The notes under the pieces were generated by a model, which was given only the letters and a program-made list of their open reading frames with translations, was not told the DNA's origin and ran no database searches. The translations under genes and the position numbers were made by a program. DNA of 63,539 nucleotides, the filler included, from Stramenopiles sp. TOSAG23-3 (Eukaryota), in the NCBI GenBank assembly GCA_900128585.1. It is 51 parts of 51 records of this genome, joined end to end, with 100 filler letters (N's around TTAATTAATTAA, not from the genome) between each part and the next. Parts side by side here need not be neighbours in the genome. Positions count along the whole stretch, not along the records: positions 21,328 to 22,478 come from LT646382.1; positions 22,579 to 23,729 come from LT646383.1; positions 23,830 to 24,979 come from LT646384.1; positions 25,080 to 26,229 come from LT646385.1; positions 26,330 to 27,478 come from LT646386.1; positions 27,579 to 28,726 come from LT646387.1; positions 28,827 to 29,973 come from LT646388.1; positions 30,074 to 31,220 come from LT646389.1; 43 more parts are not named here. One strand, given 5' to 3'. Positions 21,329 to 30,177 of the stretch are shown piece by piece (positions within the stretch are counted from its first letter, which is position 1; each line of letters starts with the position of its first letter).

Positions 21329-21547
21329 AGCGGACAAAAAACCCAATTATGGCTTAATAACGATTATATCGATGGGACCGGGAAAAGAAAAAGAAATCCG
21401 AAACATGGCGATCTACTCTTCTCTATCTCTGGCTCTGGCCCTAACAAAGCATTGGCGACCAAAAATGCGAAAGTCACCAGCGAGTACAAGAAATACGGCA
21501 GTCGCCGCAGGCTCCTTCAAGTTGGTACCAGAGGTGGAGGTTGTTAG
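21329..21547 (+). CDS. C-terminus of a protein ending RRRLLQVGTRGGGC* (not in the ORF track)
   Basis: Manual translation open from the contig edge: SGQKTQLWLNNDYIDGTGKRKRNPKHGDLLFSISGSGPNKALATKNAKVTSEYKKYGSRRRLLQVGTRGGGC*; AT-rich DNA follows the stop. Confidence 0.75.
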   Translation, partial: SGQKTQLWLNNDYIDGTGKRKRNPKHGDLLFSISGSGPNKALATKNAKVTSEYKKYGSRRRLLQVGTRGGGC

Positions 21548-22160
21548 AAACAACATTCAAAAAATGTATTTCCTCAAAACAATGTCTAGTAATTTCAGTT
21601 TATCTTTAAAAACATTTTAAATAAAATATTTTCTATTAAGAGTGTTTTAGATTGTCGACTCAGCTCAGATATCGGATTAAGAGTACACCTTCATACTTAG
21701 CAGGATTGGCCATACTCACTACACAAAGATGTACCTATATATCCTATTTAATATATAATGTTTATACTAGGTGTTTCTCTTTTTCTTCCTATCTGTTTAA
21801 CATTTTAGTATATATCGATGTTAATAATACTGTGTGATGTATTTTTAAAATGAAGAATCTTTTTAAAATATTCTTCATCCAGAGATGAAAAAAAGAGGGG
21901 GGGGGTTCTTTAGAAGGGATCTTACCTCTTTTTTAGAAGGGAGATAGTATTGAACGAAATTACCCATATAAAATTAATAATTTGATATAATATATTATAA
22001 TAAGTTCGATATTGAATAGATAGTTTGATAGATTGAAGTGTTTGTTTGGAAGTGGAAAGACAAGAATGAAGTTTGATTAATTCAATAACAAACTGTTTTT
22101 TATATTGATTTCATTGGAATTAATTTGTATTGTCTGTCTTTTGTATTCTGTTTTATTAAA

Positions 22161-22478
22161 ATGAAGATTGGATTGTTAACGATTGGCGCCGCGCTCTTGT
22201 CTGCTCAGTACGTGGCGGGGGCATACCCAAAAGTAAGTGCACATACATCAAGTGGTGCAATTCTATTACAAACTGCAGGCACAAAAAGTGCAAGTGGACC
22301 GTTGGAGCTATCGATTAAGGATACTAAACAAAAATTGGACGACGCATTAGCGACGCTGCCTGTATTGTTGAAAAAACTTGAAAAATCAAAATGCGACTAT
22401 GAAAAGTTCAAAAAGGTCGTTACTATTCAGGCGGATGACAAAAGTATCAAAAAGAAAGACCTCGAGTTCAACAAACAT
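22161..22478 (+). CDS. Secreted protein, N-terminus
   Basis: MKIGLLTIGAALLSAQYVAGA signal peptide followed by a short coiled coil. Confidence 0.7.
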
Positions 22479-23102
22479 NNNNNNNNNNNNNNNNNNNNNN
22501 NNNNNNNNNNNNNNNNNNNNNNTTAATTAATTAANNNNNNNNNNNNNNNNNNNNNNNNNNNNNNNNNNNNNNNNNNNNCTCTTTCTTTCTTTCGACTCTT
22601 TCTTTCTTTCTTTCTTTACCGACGACCATTGAAAATTTGCCTATGCATGTTGTATGCTAATAGTTATATAAATATAATTATTTGTTATAAATAAATCATA
22701 GATCGATATATTTATATTAAGGTTTTATATAATTTTCATTTTAAAAATGAACCATTAATATAATATTAATTTGGTTGGTTATATATAAATACCTTAATAA
22801 AAAATGTGGTCGAAAAACAGCAGAGGGAAAAAAAGTTACCCCATTATATTCCTATGTTTTTTAATTAAAATTATTATACTCTGCAAGCAAGAAGAAGAAA
22901 GTCGAACGCACTACGAAGGATGGAAAGATTTAATACTACTTGTAATAGATTCTTGACGAGTTAATGATGAACACTTACGACATTATTTAGACAGATTGTT
23001 CTGAAAAAGTAGCAAGAGGTAAATATAGATCGAGAGATATAACGTTCCGTTTCGTGTTTTGATTCAATACATCGATCTGTTTCCAGTTGTAAGGAGCGAG
23101 CG

Positions 23103-23723
23103 ATGACTTCAATAGTAGGCACCGGAAGTTCTGCTACGGAAACGGTTGGCGGAGAAGATAGGTCGAACCGAGTTAGTTTGTGGAAAATAAGGACCATTTT
23201 CCAAAAGTTTTGCAACACGGATGGGTTCCTGGGATACGAGGATTTCAAAAAGCTAGACAACGAGACAGAAGAGGAAGGTAGCATATTAGACCCCGAAATG
23301 TTCGTACAGCTTTGTAACTTCTTGTGCGTTGCGGACGTGACGAAAGGACTGTCTTTTGTAGAATACGCGTCCATTTATTTGAACGAAACTGCTAGCGAAA
23401 CGTTAGAGAGTGATTTGAATGCGGACTTTGCGACTCTTTTCCCAGATTATTCTAAAGTTGCAATGATTTTTGATGCATTCGACGCAGACGCAGATGGTGT
23501 TTTGAATGCCGTTGAATTCTCAAACTTAGTGGGGGGCGGCGAACAACTCAGCGAGGACGCCTTCAAGAACTTGGCCTTCTTGTTTTCGTTCTCCCCAGCC
23601 CAAGGCTTGGGCATAGACCATTTGATTAGTTTTTATTTTACAGAACAAGGGAAGCGGGCCGGCTTCGAGCCGAATTTAGACGGGGATTTTAGCATGGCTG
23701 CAAAAATGATTGGCCTAGAGTGA
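23103..23723 (+). CDS. EF-hand protein
   Basis: FDAFDADADGVLNAVEF plus degenerate EF-hands; complete ORF. Confidence 0.8.
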   Translation: MTSIVGTGSSATETVGGEDRSNRVSLWKIRTIFQKFCNTDGFLGYEDFKKLDNETEEEGSILDPEMFVQLCNFLCVADVTKGLSFVEYASIYLNETASETLESDLNADFATLFPDYSKVAMIFDAFDADADGVLNAVEFSNLVGGGEQLSEDAFKNLAFLFSFSPAQGLGIDHLISFYFTEQGKRAGFEPNLDGDFSMAAKMIGLE

Positions 23724-23829
23724 GGTTATNNNNNNNNNNNNNNNNNNNNNNNNNNNNNNNNNNNNNNNNNNNNTTAATTAATTAANNNNNNNNNNNNNNN
23801 NNNNNNNNNNNNNNNNNNNNNNNNNNNNN

Positions 23830-24057
23830 CTCGTAAAAAATAAGGGATATTATATATTTAAAAGGGGAGATGATTTGCTAAAGGTAGACGCACGGCGCGT
23901 GTCGAAGATGTTGAAAAAGGGCGACTGGTTTAAAGATCGCTTCTATCCGTACAAGTTTTTACATTGTAAAGATCTGCAATTTGGAGGTGGAGTTCTCGAG
24001 GATCTTGAGCCAAAGCAGAGCTTGGTGGAATTTTACGCAGATTTCTTCGTCAAGTAA
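23830..24057 (+). CDS. Hypothetical protein C-terminus, convergent with and overlapping the resolvase-like gene by 25 nt
   Basis: Frame open from the contig edge (LVKNKGYYIFKRGDDLLKVDARR...FFVK*). Confidence 0.5.
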   Translation, partial: LVKNKGYYIFKRGDDLLKVDARRVSKMLKKGDWFKDRFYPYKFLHCKDLQFGGGVLEDLEPKQSLVEFYADFFVK

Positions 24058-24977
24058 AGGCCTGTTGAAATTGAGCGGTCTCTGATTTTCAGAGGCTCAT
24101 CTATTTTCTTGAGGATTACGTTGTAAGTTGGCATGTTCTGTAGTTTTATCTTCTCATAGTTTGCATTAGCACACGATTCGTACGTATGTCCGAGGACCGT
24201 TTCGTGCACCACATTGTTGCCTAGACTTCCTTTTTCAAAGCAACCATCTGCCACGAAAGAAGCAACAAAGTCTCGACCGGTACAATTTTTAAAATCAAAC
24301 TTCCATGTTTCAGGTGCTTTCACAATTGCGTCTGTCAATTCGAGGTGCTTTATCATCACCTTACGAATGTTTTTCCATTCATTTTGTCGTTGGCCGTCTT
24401 TAAATTTAGGTGCGCCGCACTTGTCCTTATTCTTGTAGGCTATAACAGAAGAATAACATTTCATGTCGGCCTTTTCTTCCGTCATTAAGAATTCCAAACC
24501 TTGCTTCACAAGACCGTAATCTTCGGGACTGCAAATCATCGGTAGAGAAATCTTCTTGACATGGTTTTTGTTCTGGTTTTTACTTGTCAGCAAGTTGACA
24601 ATTGTCCCAATGATTTTTTCTTCTTTGTAGATGCAATTCTCCAAGACAAAATGAGTCTCCTTGGATGAATGCGTGCCGTCTTCACGGATTCTCTTAATGT
24701 TCAAATCATTAGCGCGACCACACAATATAAAATTCATACAGAATAAAACTTGAGGATATATTTCATCCCTCAGCCCCTCTTTTAGGCCGTGAATTATTTT
24801 CTCAATCAAAAGTGTCTCGTTAATAATAACTTGGTCTTCTCGTTTGGTTTGTTTAGAGAGTTCGCATTGCATTTTAACTGACTCCTTGTTCTCTTCAGGC
24901 TCTTTAATGTGAAATTCGAGATCTATATTTAGTTTGCTCTTCTTGCGAAACAGTTTTTGTATTGTGTTGGGTTTGAA
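24033..24977 (-). CDS. Protelomerase/telomere-resolvase-like tyrosine recombinase, 5'-partial
   Basis: Ordered R53 (LCGRANDL), K98 (TSKNQ), R200 (TGRDFVA), H229 (VLGH), Y239 (NYEKIKL), numbered from Met at 24872; upstream helix HIKEPEENKESVK...KREDQVII resembles TelN/TelK; intronless; open to the contig edge. Confidence 0.65.
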   Translation of the reverse strand, partial: FKPNTIQKLFRKKSKLNIDLEFHIKEPEENKESVKMQCELSKQTKREDQVIINETLLIEKIIHGLKEGLRDEIYPQVLFCMNFILCGRANDLNIKRIREDGTHSSKETHFVLENCIYKEEKIIGTIVNLLTSKNQNKNHVKKISLPMICSPEDYGLVKQGLEFLMTEEKADMKCYSSVIAYKNKDKCGAPKFKDGQRQNEWKNIRKVMIKHLELTDAIVKAPETWKFDFKNCTGRDFVASFVADGCFEKGSLGNNVVHETVLGHTYESCANANYEKIKLQNMPTYNVILKKIDEPLKIRDRSISTGLYLTKKSA

Positions 24978-25081
24978 CTNNNNNNNNNNNNNNNNNNNNN
25001 NNNNNNNNNNNNNNNNNNNNNNNTTAATTAATTAANNNNNNNNNNNNNNNNNNNNNNNNNNNNNNNNNNNNNNNNNNNNTT

Positions 25082-25846
25082 CAGTGCGCCTCAATGGATG
25101 TCACACGGTTTGTAACTGCGTCGGCCGACAACACGATGAAAGTCTGGGACATTCGTGCGAGGCGCCCTCTGGTCCATACATTGCGAGGAAGCACCAAGGG
25201 CCCTGCAAACTTAATATCGGTGGAAAATGATTATGGTTTAGCTTTTAGTGGGTCAAACGACCCGAGCTTAAAAGTGTGGGACATCCGAACGGGAAGACTA
25301 AGGCACAATTTGCAGGAACATTATGGGGCAGTGTACAGTGTTGGATCGAACCCATCGATATTCAATGGGTTCATTTCAGGTGCTAGAGATGGGAGCATCA
25401 AAGTGTGGAATAAGGAAGGTGATTGTCGCCGTACACTTCGTGCCCACAGAGGTGCGGTTGGGCATGTCGCATTTCAGCCTCAGTCAAGACGAAATCCCAG
25501 GTCGCGTTTTACCCCATACATTTTGTCCGCAAGTTCCGACCAAACTGCACGGCTGTGGGATTCATCCCGTTTGGTCTGCAGCCATGTTCTGAAAGGGCAC
25601 AAAGGCGCGTTGCCCACTGCAAAATGGGCGAGCCATAATTGTGTCTTAACTGCCTCAATGGATACTACGATTAAGATGTGGGATTCAAGGGATGGAAGGT
25701 GCATAAAGACGATGACGGGTCATACGGGAGGGATTTCGCACTTAGAATGCGATTCGGAGATGATCGTCAGTGCCGGTGTAGACGGTACCCTCAGAATGTG
25801 GACTGCAGAAAAACTCGAAAAACTGATTGGCGGTACAGAATTCTAA
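25082..25846 (+). CDS. WD40-repeat protein, C-terminal part
   Basis: Several GH...S.D.T.K.WD repeats. Confidence 0.95.
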   Translation, partial: QCASMDVTRFVTASADNTMKVWDIRARRPLVHTLRGSTKGPANLISVENDYGLAFSGSNDPSLKVWDIRTGRLRHNLQEHYGAVYSVGSNPSIFNGFISGARDGSIKVWNKEGDCRRTLRAHRGAVGHVAFQPQSRRNPRSRFTPYILSASSDQTARLWDSSRLVCSHVLKGHKGALPTAKWASHNCVLTASMDTTIKMWDSRDGRCIKTMTGHTGGISHLECDSEMIVSAGVDGTLRMWTAEKLEKLIGGTEF

Positions 25847-25965
25847 AAGTATTAAAGATAGAAAAGAATACTCTTGTGTATCTAATCTACTGTATAAAAG
25901 ATGCGTGCGATGCCTAACCTCTAATGAAACTAGGCGGCACCGCCCCTTTCGAGTGTCCCTTTTCA

Positions 25966-26181
25966 TTACATTAATTTTTTCTGATCAGCTTTGAATTTTG
26001 CAACAAGTGCTTTCTTTGAGTCTTGCAAAATGTACTGGCATTCTGTGTACCCCGATCCAACTCCTGCACCGGCACCAAAGCCCACAGCCCCCAAGCGGGT
26101 TTTCCCGCCCTTAAAAATGAAGGCCATCAACCCGCCGCCAAGAACCCCAACGCCAAAATTAATCAGCAATTTCTCGCCACA
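25966..26181 (-). CDS. MIC10: MICOS subunit Mic10 (last exon or partial)
   Basis: FGVGVLGGGLMAFIFKGGKTRLGAVGFGAGAGVGSGYTEC: two Gly-rich TM helices around a basic loop. Confidence 0.75.
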   Translation of the reverse strand, partial: CGEKLLINFGVGVLGGGLMAFIFKGGKTRLGAVGFGAGAGVGSGYTECQYILQDSKKALVAKFKADQKKLM

Positions 26182-26329
26182 ACGAAAATCACTTAATAAT
26201 AATTGTTGTAACTAAGGTTAATATTTTATNNNNNNNNNNNNNNNNNNNNNNNNNNNNNNNNNNNNNNNNNNNNTTAATTAATTAANNNNNNNNNNNNNNN
26301 NNNNNNNNNNNNNNNNNNNNNNNNNNNNN

Positions 26330-27124
26330 CTGATCCGCATGGAGGGGGACCTGGAGGCGAAGGACCGCGGATCCGCCGAACTCGCCCTGCTCGTCCGTGA
26401 GAAGGACATGCTGCTCACGGAGCTCACCCTTTTGGTTCGGGCGTACAAGGGGGAGGTGAAGCGGATCAAGGACGCCCAGGAGGATGGGGAGAACCTTTGG
26501 GAGCCGCCTGTGTCGACGCGCCCCAGCAGCCGGAACGGCCGGCCGGGCACCGCGCTCGGTTTTCGTGACCGGGCCCGGCCCGGGAGCCGGGCCTCGACGC
26601 GCCTGGACAGCCGCGCCAGCACCGCGCAGGGCCGCCGCCGGAACGTGGAGACCCCGCAGCAGCGGAAGAACCACGGCCCGGCGCAAAACCGCCGCGCTCA
26701 GAGCGCCGCGCCCGGGCAGCGCGCCCCCTTTCGAACGTCCACTCTCGGGCCCAACTACCCCGGCAGCCGGGCCCAGTCGGCGGCCACCGGCCTTCACTCC
26801 CGCCGCCCCGTCATCAAGTCATCGTCCACGAACACGAACCTTTCGAAGCGTCCGATCACCGCGCCCGTCGCGGGGAGGCCCGAAGTCGAGGAGGGGTACC
26901 AGCCCGACGTGCTGATACGGACGGCCCTGAAGGATAGTTTTGTGAACCCCGTCGGCGTCGCGGACAGCAACGCCATCTACGTCGGCGGGATGCGAAAGGT
27001 CCGGCCGCAGAGCGCCGCCGTCCTCCCCGCGAAGGACAGCGCGGCGATCGTGTTCGGCGGCTCGGGCCTGCGCGCCCTGGCGAAGCGGGGGAAAATGCGG
27101 GGGTCCCAGAGTTCGAACCTTTGA
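26330..27124 (+). CDS. Hypothetical protein with a disordered basic C-terminus (RPxS/TA motifs)
   Basis: High-GC ORF ending where the sequence turns AT-rich. Confidence 0.7.
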   Translation: MIRMEGDLEAKDRGSAELALLVREKDMLLTELTLLVRAYKGEVKRIKDAQEDGENLWEPPVSTRPSSRNGRPGTALGFRDRARPGSRASTRLDSRASTAQGRRRNVETPQQRKNHGPAQNRRAQSAAPGQRAPFRTSTLGPNYPGSRAQSAATGLHSRRPVIKSSSTNTNLSKRPITAPVAGRPEVEEGYQPDVLIRTALKDSFVNPVGVADSNAIYVGGMRKVRPQSAAVLPAKDSAAIVFGGSGLRALAKRGKMRGSQSSNL

Positions 27125-27197
27125 AGAGGGAGGTTATGAGGGGCGCCATTATTTTGTTTTAAAAAAAAAACCAATTATATAGTAGTATGCTTATAAT

Positions 27198-27369
27198 TAA
27201 AAACAAGAAAATTGGCTGTTATTTAAGTAATTAAATTTAGCTTTCTCACACCCTAATCCTAACTTGGTTATGTAGTTTTGTTTCGTTATAATTTAAACAC
27301 ATTTTACCAGTACTTAAAGACAAACTTAATAATAATTGAACCATATAAAAACAAGAAAATTGGCTGTTA
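27198..27369 (+). repeat. Two identical copies of the 24-bp dispersed motif TAAAAACAAGAAAATTGGCTGTTA (27198-27221 and 27346-27369)
   Basis: Exact direct repeat 148 bp apart; further copies at 53497, 57568, 57878 and 57912. Confidence 0.92.
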
Positions 27370-27477
27370 CAACTCGATCTTTCTCAACGAAGTATTCATT
27401 TTCAACGCCTCTGCAACATATTTTGCCCCTTCAGCACCAATGTTGTTACCGCGCAAAAAAATCTTTGTCAACGAAGT
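27367..27477 (-). CDS. RI-like (NLRC3-type) LRR protein, C-terminal fragment (not in the ORF track)
   Basis: Manual translation TSLTKIFLRGNNIGAEGAKYVAEALKMNTSLRKIEL*. Confidence 0.85.
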   Translation of the reverse strand, partial: TSLTKIFLRGNNIGAEGAKYVAEALKMNTSLRKIEL

Positions 27478-27579
27478 ANNNNNNNNNNNNNNNNNNNNNN
27501 NNNNNNNNNNNNNNNNNNNNNNTTAATTAATTAANNNNNNNNNNNNNNNNNNNNNNNNNNNNNNNNNNNNNNNNNNNNC

Positions 27580-28704
27580 TCAAAATTCTTGCTGGAACAT
27601 TTGGGGCCTAAAAAGAAACGACGGAAGAGCAAACCATTTTTGGGCAAAAACTTATCGACTACCAGTCTCTCGAAGTCTTCGTCGTTCTTCTCAAAGAGCA
27701 TGCAAAGCGTCGCTGAAGAGTCGAGCATGGGTAATTCGTTTTTTCTTACGGGAGGAAACATTGGGTCAATAGATATGGATGACGATTCGCCGTACAATGG
27801 TTTTTCGTTGCCCACAATTCCAGACCAACCATTTGGGACTCAACAGAAGCCAACGAAAGAAAGGAAAAAGAAAAGTAACCGATACGGTTCAACCATCAAT
27901 GAAATAATGGCGCGTGCGAACGAGATATTGAAAGAATCTGATGACATCGAGCCGAAAGTCAAGAAAGAAAGACGAAAGCGCGCCTCTATCCTGGCAGGGA
28001 AAAAGAAAGACTTATCGAACAAGGAAGAGGTGGATAGAGTGCGAAAATCCTCTATCAAGAGCACGAGGCGTCTGTCTTCGTCGTTTCATGGCAGCAAAAA
28101 GAAAGGGCAATGGCGAATACGGCATTATCAAAAGCAGGAGGTTATGGAAGTCATTCATTCGTTTCAAAAGCTGGATGAAGATGTCACCGGAACCATCGAC
28201 GTCAATGAATTTCTTCGGCTGCCCCAGTTCGAAGGTATGGATAAGGGCTCAATAGACCATCTGTTCCGGACCATTGATAAGGATGGTGGTGGTTCGGTCA
28301 ACATGGAAGAGTTGCTTGGTGTTATGTTTCCTAAAGCAACCGAGTCCGATCTTCAGTTAATGCTAGAAATGGCGCACGCAGAGCAGTACACTAGAAAAAA
28401 GGAGCAAAAGGCATCCGTTCTTACTTCGACGCAACGAATAGAAATTGAAACTATATTTGACATGTACGACACTGACAATAGTAACAGTGTTAGTTTGGTA
28501 GAATTATTGGAAGCGTTGGGTCGAAAACTGCAAGGAATACTCTCTGCCCAAGAAATCTCAGATATTTTCGCGACCGCGGACAAAGATGGAAACGAAGATC
28601 TGGACCGTGATGAGTTTGTTAAACTCTACGAAGAATATTTTCTCGTTCCTGTTCAGGACCATGAAGACACCCCAGGGCCTGGAAGCGCCGCTTCTTGGTC
28701 GTAA
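27580..28704 (+). CDS. Four-EF-hand calcium-binding protein with a long basic N-terminus, 5'-partial
   Basis: DEDVTGTIDVNEF, DKDGGGSVNMEEL, DTDNSNSVSLVEL, DKDGNEDLDRDEF. Confidence 0.9.
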   Translation, partial: SKFLLEHLGPKKKRRKSKPFLGKNLSTTSLSKSSSFFSKSMQSVAEESSMGNSFFLTGGNIGSIDMDDDSPYNGFSLPTIPDQPFGTQQKPTKERKKKSNRYGSTINEIMARANEILKESDDIEPKVKKERRKRASILAGKKKDLSNKEEVDRVRKSSIKSTRRLSSSFHGSKKKGQWRIRHYQKQEVMEVIHSFQKLDEDVTGTIDVNEFLRLPQFEGMDKGSIDHLFRTIDKDGGGSVNMEELLGVMFPKATESDLQLMLEMAHAEQYTRKKEQKASVLTSTQRIEIETIFDMYDTDNSNSVSLVELLEALGRKLQGILSAQEISDIFATADKDGNEDLDRDEFVKLYEEYFLVPVQDHEDTPGPGSAASWS

Positions 28705-28827
28705 ATTGTAAGTCCACAAAGAGGACNNNNNNNNNNNNNNNNNNNNNNNNNNNNNNNNNNNNNNNNNNNNTTAATTAATTAANNNNNNNNNNNNNNNNNN
28801 NNNNNNNNNNNNNNNNNNNNNNNNNNC

Positions 28828-29301
28828 CCGTACTTGCAACAGCAAAAACCAAGGGTGGGCCTTCGTGCGAGCCGCACTCCTCGGTTTGTCAGTGTGAAGG
28901 ATCGTTCCCACCAGGCAGCGGCATTGCAGGGGATGAAGGACATGTGTTCTTGTAAATTTGCCGACACAACTACGGAAACCGAACCAATAGGGGGGCGCAA
29001 CGCAAAGTGTGCCCCCAAAGCAGCGATCTGCGGGTTTTGTATGAACGCTGCGTACGCAGCGTACTGGAACCCAGACCAAGACACGTGCGCGCAGTATATG
29101 AACGAAGCAAGGGACGTTTGTAAAAAGGTAGCGGAGGGCGCCCAGCACGCTGGGCCCGAACTGGGCAAGCTGTACCAGGCCTACGGCCCCGAATTCGGGG
29201 CATCCTCGGTGTGGTGCAAATCCCAAAGCTGCTGCCCAAACAGGGAAGTGATGGGGTTCCCGGTGGAAAAGTTGGACTCTGGAGAAAATGAAGAACAATA
29301 G
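28828..29301 (+). CDS. Small Cys-rich protein with a saposin-like cysteine pattern, 5'-partial
   Basis: CGFC...C-x10-C...WCKSQSCC. Confidence 0.55.
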   Translation, partial: PYLQQQKPRVGLRASRTPRFVSVKDRSHQAAALQGMKDMCSCKFADTTTETEPIGGRNAKCAPKAAICGFCMNAAYAAYWNPDQDTCAQYMNEARDVCKKVAEGAQHAGPELGKLYQAYGPEFGASSVWCKSQSCCPNREVMGFPVEKLDSGENEEQ

Positions 29302-30177
29302 CCACCGGCGAAAAGATTATAAAAAAATATAGTCTATTACTCTCTTTTTTAATGTAAGAGCTTTTACTCTTTGATCAAAATCACAATCAACAAAATCCAA
29401 TACCCCAAACCCCAATCTAATCAATCAATATCAGCTTCTTCTCTTTTTATATTTAAATAGGATATTCTATTCGTATAGTAATAATCATACTTAGTCTCTA
29501 TTTCCCTCTCTCTCTTGCCGTTATTATTATTATTTATTTATTCTTTTTAAATACAATGGTATTTCTATATTAATTATATTATTTTATTAACCCAACGCAT
29601 TTTGTTAATAATTAATACTCTTCTTCTGTATATGTACACAGGTAGGATATATATTTAATAATGTGTAATAGGATGGAAATTGATTATTATTATTATTTAT
29701 TTAAAGAAGAGTAGTTTTACCATGTGACATTATTACGACAGACATTTTTTATAAACAACATTTTATACACTCATGACTAATAAGAGGAACGTACAGGAAT
29801 GGGAAGGTGATTATTATAAATAAATAAATAATAAACCCATATCGAAAGTGATGATTACTTATCTAGACCAAATGAAATGGGAGTAGATAGATAAAGTTTG
29901 GGTTAAATTTATTTAGCACCGACAAGCGACCTGTCGAAATAGAGAGACGACACGCACGCTTAACGCTTAATTANNNNNNNNNNNNNNNNNNNNNNNNNNN
30001 NNNNNNNNNNNNNNNNNTTAATTAATTAANNNNNNNNNNNNNNNNNNNNNNNNNNNNNNNNNNNNNNNNNNNNGGGGGGGGCACTCCTCCTCGGATCGGT
30101 CCGGGAAAAGCTCGTCGTCCCGGTCGCAGCGGCGAAGGGGGTCGAAGGGGCGCGGCGGCGGGGACGGCGCGAGGACG

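Noticed and set aside
21372-21620. ORF-track protein MGPGKEKE...
   Set aside because: It runs into AT-rich DNA; the alternative frame 21329-21547 is open from the contig edge and ends in the conserved tail
26278-27174. Many long overlapping antisense or alternate-frame ORFs here and at 30297-30988, 48694-49602, 50052-50800 and 58627-59644
   Set aside because: Expected shadows of GC-rich coding sequence; no independent motifs
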